A DNA stretch of 64,000 nt, from NCBI GenBank assembly GCA_046563655.1, contig CM102287.1, positions 8,122,001-8,186,000 of the forward strand, given 5' to 3'. The translations under genes and the position numbers were made by a program. The stretch comes from Yuukianura sp. NJ FZ-2021 (Eukaryota). Below, piece after piece: positions 53,501-64,000 of this stretch; the first letter of the stretch is position 1, and each line of letters begins with the position of its first letter. The notes beneath the pieces are model-generated. The model was given only the letters and a program-made list of their open reading frames with translations. It made no database searches and was not told the DNA's origin.

Positions 53501-56500
53501 TTTTGATTTGCGTGTTTTGAACAAAAAGTCAAAACGAAATTTATTTTCTAAAGTCTACATTCTGGTTTCTATCATTTTTGAATTCAGATCTAAATCAGAG
53601 CCGACGTCATATTTCAGATTTTTCGAACTCAAAATTTTTCCATCCCGAAAATCAAAAATCTCAGTAAATTCGAAATTTTCATCTTTACAAATTGAAATTA
53701 CAATTCACAAAATTTTTGAAAGCTAAAAAAGTCTTTGGTACAAAACTACAAAAGGTTATCTAAAACTAAAAAACCATCTATAGTACTATTCCAATTCCAT
53801 GAAAAGTTTTCTTGGCGTAAAACTGTTTAACATAGATGCTAGTTTTAAAGTTAAGTTTTGTTTTGTTTTTTTTAGCTTAGTTATAGCCTAACATTTTTGA
53901 GTGTATAATTCAAAAACAAGTAATTTGGAAGCATTTAAGTTGACTTTGGGTTCAAGATGAGGAAATGATTGCAGAAATGCCAGTTGAGCATGCAAATCGA
54001 AACAAGAATCAAAGCCTCCATCAACCCTTCCCAAATGAGTCATTGTGCATAATCAACATTTAGTGAAGCCATTTCCATTAGGTTTGTTTCCATTAGTGGC
54101 ATAACGTAACTTTAACAGCATTTGTTCATGTAATTCATTCACAACTAGGCATAGCCTCTTCACTCGTCACCTTCGTACTTGAATCCCAAAGTCTAAGGAC
54201 CTTATTAAGGATTTGATGGACCAATACTCATAAAAATTATTGTTAATGGTTCCTCAAATGGCGATTTTATCACGTTTTAAAAGAAAGTAAAAACAGAACT
54301 GAAGTTGCCGTAACTGTGGCTATGCTAGACACCGAGTCGACTTTATGCCTCGTGCCATTGGGCCAATGGGCTATAAATCCAGTCACAAAAGTCCTGTAAG
54401 AAGCACGTCCTTACATAACCACTTCGGCAGCACAAGTAACTTATACCCAACTTCAACATTCTTACTTACTTCACGCTTTAAATTCTCAAGTTCTTGTCAC
54501 TCTGTCTAAAAAAATTTATCGTCTTTCAATTTGATTATAATCTAGCGCAAATCAAAGCTTTCACTAACTTTCACCCGATTTTAATTTTTTATATCGCTTG
54601 ATTCGGAGTGCAGCTAGACAGAAAAACTAAAATTCAAAATTTTCCAATGAAGCTGAAAACTTTCATGTCAATTTTGTGCAGGAAAATCAATACCCAACTT
54701 TAGAATTTTTAAAATTTAAACTCGGATTTTTGAAAAATAAAAATTCGAGGCGCTAAATCCATACCAAACCTTTGGGTTTGGGAAAAGTAAAAAAAATCCT
54801 GTGAACTTCGTCGTTTTATTGTTTTACGACGGAATTTTTATGATTCGAAGGTTCAAGGGTTACACTACCAGTTTTTTTTTAAATTTCGGAAATGGGCGGG
54901 GCAAGGATTTACGACATTGTAAAGCCTTTTGCATTTCATTGGTCCGCTACTGGTCTATCCGTCACTCAATTCCAGATTGATTTACGATACCCGCATTGCA
55001 GTTGCAGCGCAGAAACCCGCATTTTTACAGGATTGGCTGAGCTCAGGAAGAAGGTTAGGTTTACACTTTCTCTTCCTTTCGAAAACTTACGTAGCCTTCT
55101 TAAGTCTAAGTCCATCGCCCTCTTGCAAATCTTCACCATTATAAATCTGTCAATGTGGGTGCTACGGAAAGAGATCCAGCAGATCAGAATTTATTTTCAC
55201 CCGAACAAACTTGTTCCGAATTTCGGATCCGGGTAGCAGCAGCGGCAGCTTAAGCCTTAACCCCACACTGACTTAGTGGTTTGTTGATATTTATGAAGTT
55301 GAGAAATAAGCAAGCTTAGGCTAGCAAAGTACATTTTTTCTTGGCTTCGGCTCGTGCCTTTTCCAAGAAAACTTTTTTTTCAAACTTTTTTTAACCCTAT
55401 GAAGCTTGAACCGCGTTTTACCAATTCCCGAATCCTAAGACTAGAAGATGAAGTCCAATTTATTTTGGTCGATCGTCTCCTAAACTTTGTTGGTTTCTTT
55501 TGAAACTGAAGATAACTTCGTAGCCTCACCCCTTCTATTTTCTCTTCGTGCTTCTATGGATCCTAGGCGAGCTTAGCTAGAAGAAAGTTTTCTGGAAGGG
55601 ACGAGGACGTATATTTTGGCAACATTATGGATCAGGACCAAGGAAACTTAAGATTAGGGGATTTGCAGAACTTGCTCAGAATACAACTAGCTCAGCAGAA
55701 GACTCGAAAGTTTTTGGAGCTTACCATACGGTACCTCGGCTGCTGTTGGCTGAACACCATTTTGTTCTGGAATTTTCCTGGAATTGGGGCTGGAACCACT
55801 TAAAATCGATAAGGGTGTGGGACAAGGATTTTCACACGTTCTAAATAGCACTTCTTTAGGAAAAATGAGAAAACACGTTCATTTTTAACACAAATTTTCG
55901 AATTTTCTAAAGTTAAACTCGACATAAGCTGAAGTTGGCTTCCAGCTGATACAAAACGGTAGACTTGCCTAGTCGTTTGGACAAAATTTTGAATAGCTAA
56001 GTGGTAAGTCCATACGAAACCGAAGGGATTTTTAGAGTCAATTTTTAATTTGGTTTAAAAAACTAAACTTTTGTCTAAAATTTGTGCAGAATTTGAAAAA
56101 AAAAATCCGTTTCAAAATGACTACCGTCCTTTGCAAAGGGAGGAGGGCTATGAGAACAAAAGAATTTTCCAAAGGGGCTCCTATCCTCTTCCCAGTACCC
56201 TTATAAGGGCCCACGAACTTGTTTGTTATAGATCTGTATATTATATAACGTAACGTCTAGCACAACACAACAAGCTCAGATATTGCAGAAGCGGAGAGCA
56301 TAAAAATTCAGTCTACATTTTGCAAAAAAAAAAAATCAAAAAGAGAAAGTTTTTTTTAGCTCTTTGGTTATTACGACTTACGCAGAGTCCTACGTCCAAT
56401 TTTTGGAAATGTTGTTAACGAGTTGAAAAATGTAAAGGTTAGTTGCGTAAAGGTTAGTTAAAATGTTAGAGTTATAGTTGCGTCTATTTGTAATAATTGC

Positions 56501-59500
56501 AGAGCCAACAAATCATTTTGACTTGGTCATTCTGTCTCTGTCACACTCCCTTGTGCATGTGTAAATAACGACTTTTCCTTTCCCTTAACTTTTGCTTGGG
56601 ATTTAAATTCTCGTACAATGAAAACGAAGATATAAATTACACCACAGCCGAGTCTCGTCCATTCATCTTCCTTTTATTCCCTCGCATATTCCATATTGCA
56701 GAATAAGGAAGTGGTCCGTTTTTCATTTTCATTGGAATTTGGACAAGGAGGGCTTGAATTTCAAAATTTTGAAACAAATTTTTAACATGCAGCTCACCCA
56801 GTCAAGCTGAAAAAAGCCTAAAACGAAGTACATGGTTCAAAGACTGGTTTAAGGAAAATCCGAGTCTTAAAAATCCAGCAGACTCTTTCTGTCACTCCCA
56901 AACACTCCAATTTTTTTGAAATTTTACCAATTCAAATGACATGGCATGACGAAGGGACATAAGTGTACTAAAATTTCCATTTCCAAACACGTAACTCTAT
57001 AAGCGCCCTTGTGTTCTAACAATATGTGCATGGGAGGGTCAAGGTGGCTTGGTCGCCTCCAATGTCGCTGTGTTAAGCCTAACATAGTTAAACGTAGCAA
57101 CTCAAATGGTGCATAACCTCCCCCTCTCCGTCCTCTTAAATATTCAGTAGCAATTAAATCAATTAGAAAGAGTGTTTATAGTAGAACCTAATGCATAATG
57201 CATCACGACCAGCATTACTTTAAGTCCTTGCGCTGAATTCAAGCACAACTTGTAATTTTTAGTCTACGCTAAAGCAATCTGTGCATTTCAAGATCATTTT
57301 ATGAACAAAACACATCTTGACTCTCGCTAAACTTTAATATGTTGCTCAGATTTCACTCTTTATGTAATACAAATGTTGATGTAGTGCAACTTTTGAAAAA
57401 AAAACTTGCTCCTGCAGTGCAACTAATGTTTTACTAAAAATTTAGTAGTTGAATTGGGCACTGCGCTGCTACTTTTGAAAGTGAAAGTTGTTTTAGTGAA
57501 ATGGTTGAAAAAAAATTGCTGTAGTGCAGCTTGACAAAAATTCTTTTCGCATCGCAACTTTTTAATGAATTGCTTCAGTTCAACTGTGAAATTTTTATGG
57601 TAGTGAAGATAGATTTATGTATTGGATTTGACAGGATCAAGACTTTGAGTTGACGTGTTGTTTACATTAGGGATTAGTCACCTCAGTAGTAATTTTCATT
57701 CAGATTTGACAAAGGTTGACAACCTTAGTTTTTGCAACGATAAAGATTGACGACTTTTTGCAAATCGTAGATTCTTTTCGCGCCTTTTTGCAAAGTGGCA
57801 GTACTTTTGGCATTGGTAGGTTTGGGTTAGTAGTACTTTCTGTGAAGTAAAAAGCGACTCTACTATGACTGTGCCGTTGAGTCGTAGCTTTTATACCAGT
57901 ACGAAGAGGGGTAAATTTTTATTAGTCAATAAAATTCTTGTTTAAAGGATAGTAAAAATAAAATGTTTGTTGTGATGGTCGTGTGTGGTAGCGTATTTCT
58001 TCTGGGCTGCTGATTTTATGCACTTGTAAATTAAACAACCACTTCACACTTCAATGGAACTTTGCATTAATTCTATAGCTTCTCTTCCAAACGCAAATGT
58101 AGCCTGTACAGTTCAGTGGTGAAGTTGGAGGTAATTTGGACAGTTGGAGAGATGTTATGTAACCAGAGCTAGTTCATGTATCTCTTTAATCTAAAAAGTT
58201 TTTGCACATTTTCTTTTATTTGCACACTAACCAGTACCATTAATCTTACAAGTTTTGTTGCTTTTTGTGTTTTTTTCAAATGTCAAGTTCTCTGATTGAA
58301 TTGAATAGGGAAACTAAAGGACTCAGAGTCATGTCATCAAAACATTTGACTTTCATTTCATATTAGAGCCAACATGAGTCTTCAATTTCAACGAGCAATT
58401 TCCGAAAAAGCTTTTTGCAAATTGCAATTTCATGAATGTAGAGTGATCAACAACTGCTTTTTTGCAAACCAAAAAATAACAAAAATAAGACTTAATTCAA
58501 TCAAATTCTTTCAGTTTATGCGAAACTGCGAAAAACTAATATTTTAGCGGCTTAGATTTTAGTGGAACTTTCTCCGGGTTCTTTCAAATTCAAATTTGCA
58601 AAAATTTCTGCAAATGGATTTTTCGGAACAGGATCTTTTGGAGTTTAGTTACAGAGGGGAGGACGATGGTTGATTCGTGGGTTCTTTTGTGTCTGTGGAG
58701 CGTTGCCAGGGGTTTCCATACACTGTGTTTCCCTATGTTCCTTCCAAGACTTGATCTCTGTCTGTGCCTTCCCCCTTCCTTCCCCAGTAGTTTTCGCATG
58801 GGAACTGGGATGAGATGGAGAAAAATGATGGCCGCCACGCAGGCGAGTTGCAGAGCAAGAAGAAGAAGATGCGGGCGCGCTAAAGTTTGGCTTGGATATG
58901 GTTGGGATACCGAATCTTGTCCGTGATACACAGGCTCAGAATGAAGAGAAAAGCAAACCACTACTGTTACAATAGAAGTCGAATTCCAACTGCCTTTCAC
59001 TATTGACTTTCCCATGGATTTTTTTCGTATGTAAATATTGAAATAAGTTACATGCATGATATAAAACAGAAAAATTACTTTATTTATTTTATTTTATTTA
59101 TTACTTATTATATTATTTATTATAATTACTAATTTATTAAATCTTCATCAATGCACATTGGCTACGATTCTCAGAAACTGGGATCGGTAATCCATATTCC
59201 ATTGGTTCCTGAATAAATAATTCTGATCGGTGTGAAAATTTAGCATAGAAAAATTAATCCAAAGCCTGGAGAAAGTGCTTTCTCCTTTGCTGCGGTTATT
59301 AAGAAATTGAAACTTTACAAAATTGCTATTTTGCAGTAATTGATTTTTGTGAAATGGTTTTGGTTTAATTTTGGAATACAATTTACGACACATTGTGGTA
59401 GTCCATATACAGCGAAACCAAAAGTTGTAGTAGCCCTAATTGCTTGTACTACCACCGCTGGACATGGTAGGGAGTGTCCAGTGTCCCCATTTGAACAAAA

Positions 59501-60575
59501 CCGCGAAACAAGGCTATAAACAACGCTAAAAGGTCTCTGCACTTTCATTTCCGCCATTTTTTCAGCACAAGGCCTAACCCTATTATAGCCACACATAGGT
59601 TAGCAAAGCATGAACATGAGTTGAAGACCAACAATAAACCGTGTGAAAGTCATTAGGAGCGGAAGTCAACATTTAACTTTTGATTTTAATCGGACCTTAA
59701 TTTTTTCACTTCAGCGAACTGTCTAAAAAGGAGGAATGCTAAAGTTAAAAAGTTGAAAAATTACAAACGTAAGTTCAAATGAAGGAAAAAAGAAGAAAAA
59801 AATCTTTTGGAAAGTTCTCAAGAGTAAAATGAAAGGAGATGAAGATGATTTGTACTGGAGAAGGAGTAGAACTGAAAAGTTGGAATTGGATGGAGAACGT
59901 ATGAGGCATGGAGCGGAACATGGAAAGAATTCAAAAAACGTTTCCACTTTCTAGACACGATTTGGAGTGCAGTAATTCTGTATTCAGAGAGCGTTTAGAT
60001 TTTATTCCCTCTGCTTTCTCCGTCCATTTCCAAATGGAAAGTCACCAGGGAAATAATTCCACCAGCACAAGCACAAGTACAGAAATTTTAAGCAGCACAA
60101 AAACGTCTAAGAATTCTTGAAACGCACTCTAACGTCCACTTTTGACTCTGCACGCACTTGTACTTTAAAACAAAAGGAAATTGGATTCTGAGGTCCATAA
60201 AACTCCAATATCCATTTCCTAAAATTACACATTTCAAATGACAACTATTTCCTAATTTTTCAAAAAAATGAAACACAATTTTTCATCAAAAAATTGAGAA
60301 ATGAAATCATTCCGCCAAGGATTTCATGCTTTTCATTTCATGTAAGTCTGGTGGCCTATCCTGAGAAAGTCGTAAATAAAATTTTGAAACTTGAACTTGA
60401 ATTTTGAATCCTTTTCAAAGGAATTCAGAAAATCCTTCCCCTCCCACTAAACTTGGCGGCTTTTCTCACAAGGTGTTTAAAGGTCAATTCCATTGTCAAT
60501 GAAGTGTGACCTTTACTTTGGGGTTGGTTGATTCGTTCGGCTTAGCTTGAGCTTTGCTTTGAGTTGTTAGGTTAT

Positions 60576-60632
60576 GTTACTTTGTTAGGCTAGTATTAGG
60601 TTCAAGTTACTTTGTTAGGTTAGTGTTGGGTT
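60576..60632. repeat. Two-copy tandem repeat, period 30 bp
   Basis: GTTACTTTGTTAGGCTAGTATTAGGTT (60576) and GTTACTTTGTTAGGTTAGTGTTGGGTT (60606). Confidence 0.8.
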
Positions 60633-63286
60633 AAGGCAGCCAGAACTCCCAGAGTCAGTTTTCTTCGGCTTACCTAAGCTTCAGATTATGAATTTGAAGG
60701 GGTTCGGGGGTTCTAGAAATAGGGTGACACGGGATTTGGGAAGTGACTAAATCCAGAAAATCGGGAGCTGGGGGAACTAAGCATAAGAGAAACTGTGTTT
60801 AACGGGATCTTTAGGTTATGGTTAGGCCTCCTTCATTGTTCTTGTGTGATCTTCCTAATTCTGGGAAGAGGGACATAAAGGCCTAATGAGGCAGTGAGAC
60901 CCATCGTAAACCTGTCTAACCCTACAGGAATCTCATCAGAAACCTAACGAGAAGGAATCCTATTGCAATTTCTAATCTCTAATCCACCTTGTGGCTTCTA
61001 AATCACAATTTATCCAGCCATTGTTCTTCCGCACAAAGTTTAACATTTTCAGTCCACAAAGTTGTAATACGATCGTCTAAAAGTTAGGGTGAAAGTTCGT
61101 TCAGGAGGAATTAATATCCAACGACATTGTCATAATTTTCGAAGTTTTCAAAATTTTGAAAAATTGATATCCCATAACGTTGACACCTTAGTTTTAGTCA
61201 GAGCAAGCAAGATAATGTTAGCTTACACTAATGTAGACCAGACCTCGCGCCGCCTACACGAATTTTGAACTAAAAAATCCTATTTGAAAAACTATTCATG
61301 ATTTCGTTGCGAAATTTTTCGTGTGGTGACTTTCGCCGCTACGGTGGAGAAAACGAAGCTCTTGACTCTTAGCATTCAAGCTTTTAGCTTAAAATTTGGA
61401 TACTTTTTGTTCTGTTTTATTTTTCGAAATTTTGAAACTTGACATTTTGAAGTCTGAACTTTGCGAAGGAGGTAGTGGTGAGTGAAATGATGATGAAGTG
61501 AGATTGTAAGTTTTTGAGTAGTTTTATGCCTCCATGAAGGTTGCAGACTTTGAACATATCCCATTGTTGTAAAACACTCATCATCTCCATTTCCCTAACA
61601 CTGAAGAAAGTCTAGGTTGTTGAAAGTGTAGTGAAGAAGACTGTGGAAAGTCATGATGGAGATGATTAAATGTCAGACTGGAGAGGAATAATCCAACCCA
61701 AGTACTCTCCCTATGACTCCTAAAAACTATCTTCTAACGAATATGCATTAGCCCTCTACTTCCCTTCACCCTAACTTTAAACTCAAATCTCATTTTCAAC
61801 TTCCTTCCTTCCTTCTTCTATTATTCACAACCTCATCTTTATTCTTCTTCTTCCCTCAGAGACTCACATGGAAGTACAAAGCATAACCTATGTTAGAGAA
61901 AGCACTTAAACCTACCCTAGGTTTTTGTGTTCAGGAATTTTTGCATAAGAAGTTGGAAATTGGAAGTAGAGAACAGGGGATTCCTTAATTCTTTTTTCCA
62001 TCCTGGGCCATATTCTAATCCACTCTCTCCCGCCGCCTCCCTTGACAAATGTGACACTTTAATTATTTTTTGGAAAGAGAAAGCGAAGCACTTTTTCTCT
62101 AGGACTTGAAACGCATCTGGAACAGCAGGAGCGTCTGCTTTTACAAAATTTAACTTGGGTTTGAAACCAGGCGTGGGTAGAAGCTCATTTGAGCTGAGGA
62201 GAAAGTCTCCAATCCACTTTCTCTGCCTTTCCTTGTGTCTCCCATCCCAACAACGTTCTTAATGGCCTCAATTTCCAATTCAATTTTATTCAAAAGAAGC
62301 TTCAAGAGGGGGAACTTAATGGGCTTCCATTAATCCATAAAGAAGGAGGCACGGCTCAAGTGTACACAAAGGGGATAGACGGCACAATGTTGTTCAGAAG
62401 GAGAGAGGGATGTTGTGTTGTTCTGTTTGGAACAAAAATTAAGTAAGCCATTTCTCAGGACTTTCTCCGCCCTCGGCCCCTTCTGAGTTCAGACGAAATG
62501 GAAATCGATGTCAATTGAAACTAACTTAGGCTCCTCAGAGTCCATATGCTTCCAATTTCTAATATTGTTTCCTTCAGGAAATGTTAGGAAATGACTTATT
62601 CCTAACATAACCTAACCTGGCAGGAAAAGTTAGGTAGGTAGGCAGGTATTAGTTAGATTGATTACATTATGCAAGGAAAACAGCAGGTACAGGACTTAAA
62701 GTAGCTTTGTTATAATAGTTTTCGAGAACGTTTCAGTTTCTCAACAACAAAATCGTGATTTTTAGAAAAAGTTTGCTTTTTTTTGAAACAATGTAGTGAA
62801 TTTGCAACTTTTTGGTGGCTGAAAATGAAATGTCATCCAAAAATTTATTTAAAAAGGAAAGAAAACATGTAACGATGAGTTTTTCAGTTCAATTTTTTCA
62901 CCTACTCCAATTTTTCAGTTAGGGATGTTTTTTTTTTAGTTTTCATTTTTTGTCTGTATTTGAAATTGAATTTGAAAAATAGAATTAATTTGAATTTGGG
63001 AATTTAGTAGAAATAAGTCCTGAATTTTTTGAGGGAGTCTTTTGTTTGTTCACTTTTTGTGAGAAGTGGAGAAAGCTCTAGAGATATTTTTGAAATTTAT
63101 TCTAGAAACGAGAGTCTGTGTGTGTCCCAATGCAGCAGGATTTCATTTTCTGGAGGCGTAGAATGGGCCGTGAAGGACTTGTTCTCTACTGAATATTTAC
63201 TGAAATATTGAGACAGGGTTTATCTCCAATGCATGAATCTCATTTATTATTCCCAAATGCTCCTTTCCACTTCCAGTGACCATGGG

Positions 63287-63344
63287 AAAGTCACAACTCA
63301 CAAGGAAAAGTCACTTTCCAAAAGTCACTTTCCAAAAAAGTCAC
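63287..63344. repeat. Four AAAGTCAC copies (includes a 14-bp tandem duplication)
   Basis: AAAGTCAC at 63287, 63307, 63321 and 63337. AAAAGTCACTTTCC is repeated in tandem. Confidence 0.8.
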
Positions 63345-64000
63345 CACCAGAAGCCACCACGATTTACACAGAAAGTTGAGTAGGAAATTCCAATCGATCA
63401 AATCCAAATCGCCAAGCAATTCCACACCTTCGCAAACGCCAAAAGAATTTCTCTTGTATTTTGCCTGTTGAAAAAACAAAATCAAAGTTTCATAATAAAC
63501 GCAACAACACCGCAGTTGTCTGTAATCCATGAATGTTGACCTAAAGGTTAAAAATCAAAAACTCCTCAAACAAGTTAGAATTCGAAAATTTATTTTTTGT
63601 AAAATTCGAAATGCAATTCTACTTTCTCCATGATTGGAAATTCTGAGTTTCCATTTTGTAGCGGAAATGTTTCAACCAGCTCGCAATGTCAACCTTGGTC
63701 AGAAACAAATGTGAATCTTGTACATAGCGACTGCGATGATTCAGATCCTGGATGTCCATGGCTTCCGCCAAACCTAGCCTAACTGTAACTGTTGCCATAA
63801 CCCATAGGAAGGAAGTCACTCCAATAACTTATTCTGCTCTGTCATCATTTTCCAACAATCGTTTTCAAGTGGGAGGGGTGTTGAGAAGACTCTTGATCCA
63901 CCACTTTCAACAATACCCGCCATACCACTTCACAATGCCCGAATCCGGTCACGTGAGACTGTTTCAATGGCTGCCCAGAGTGATTGTCACGGCGGGTGTT

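Overview
AT-rich eukaryotic (arthropod) DNA from a Hox cluster. The only supportable protein-coding gene is Ultrabithorax (Ubx) on the minus strand, with three coding exons: 46859-46298, 14995-14832 and 14533-14417 (280 aa). It has a 31.3-kb first intron and a 298-bp second intron that splits the homeobox recognition helix (WFQ|NRR). The protein keeps the MNSYF N-terminus, YPWM, the homeodomain, UbdA and QAQA, but lacks the insect poly-alanine tail. This suggests a non-insect hexapod such as a springtail (inference). The rest is non-coding regulatory landscape: a 647-bp fold-back MITE with an 8-bp TSD in intron 1, recurrent Exd-Hox, posterior-Hox/Cad, Pho/YY1 and TTAGG-type motifs, and an unassigned motif G(A/G)(G/A)CCCTT. 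The most striking observation is a set of strand-specific miR-iab-4/iab-8 seed matches in the expected 3' UTR position and also clustered 350-700 nt upstream of the start codon, in the presumptive 5' leader. All motif counts are by eye and expectation values are rough base-composition estimates.
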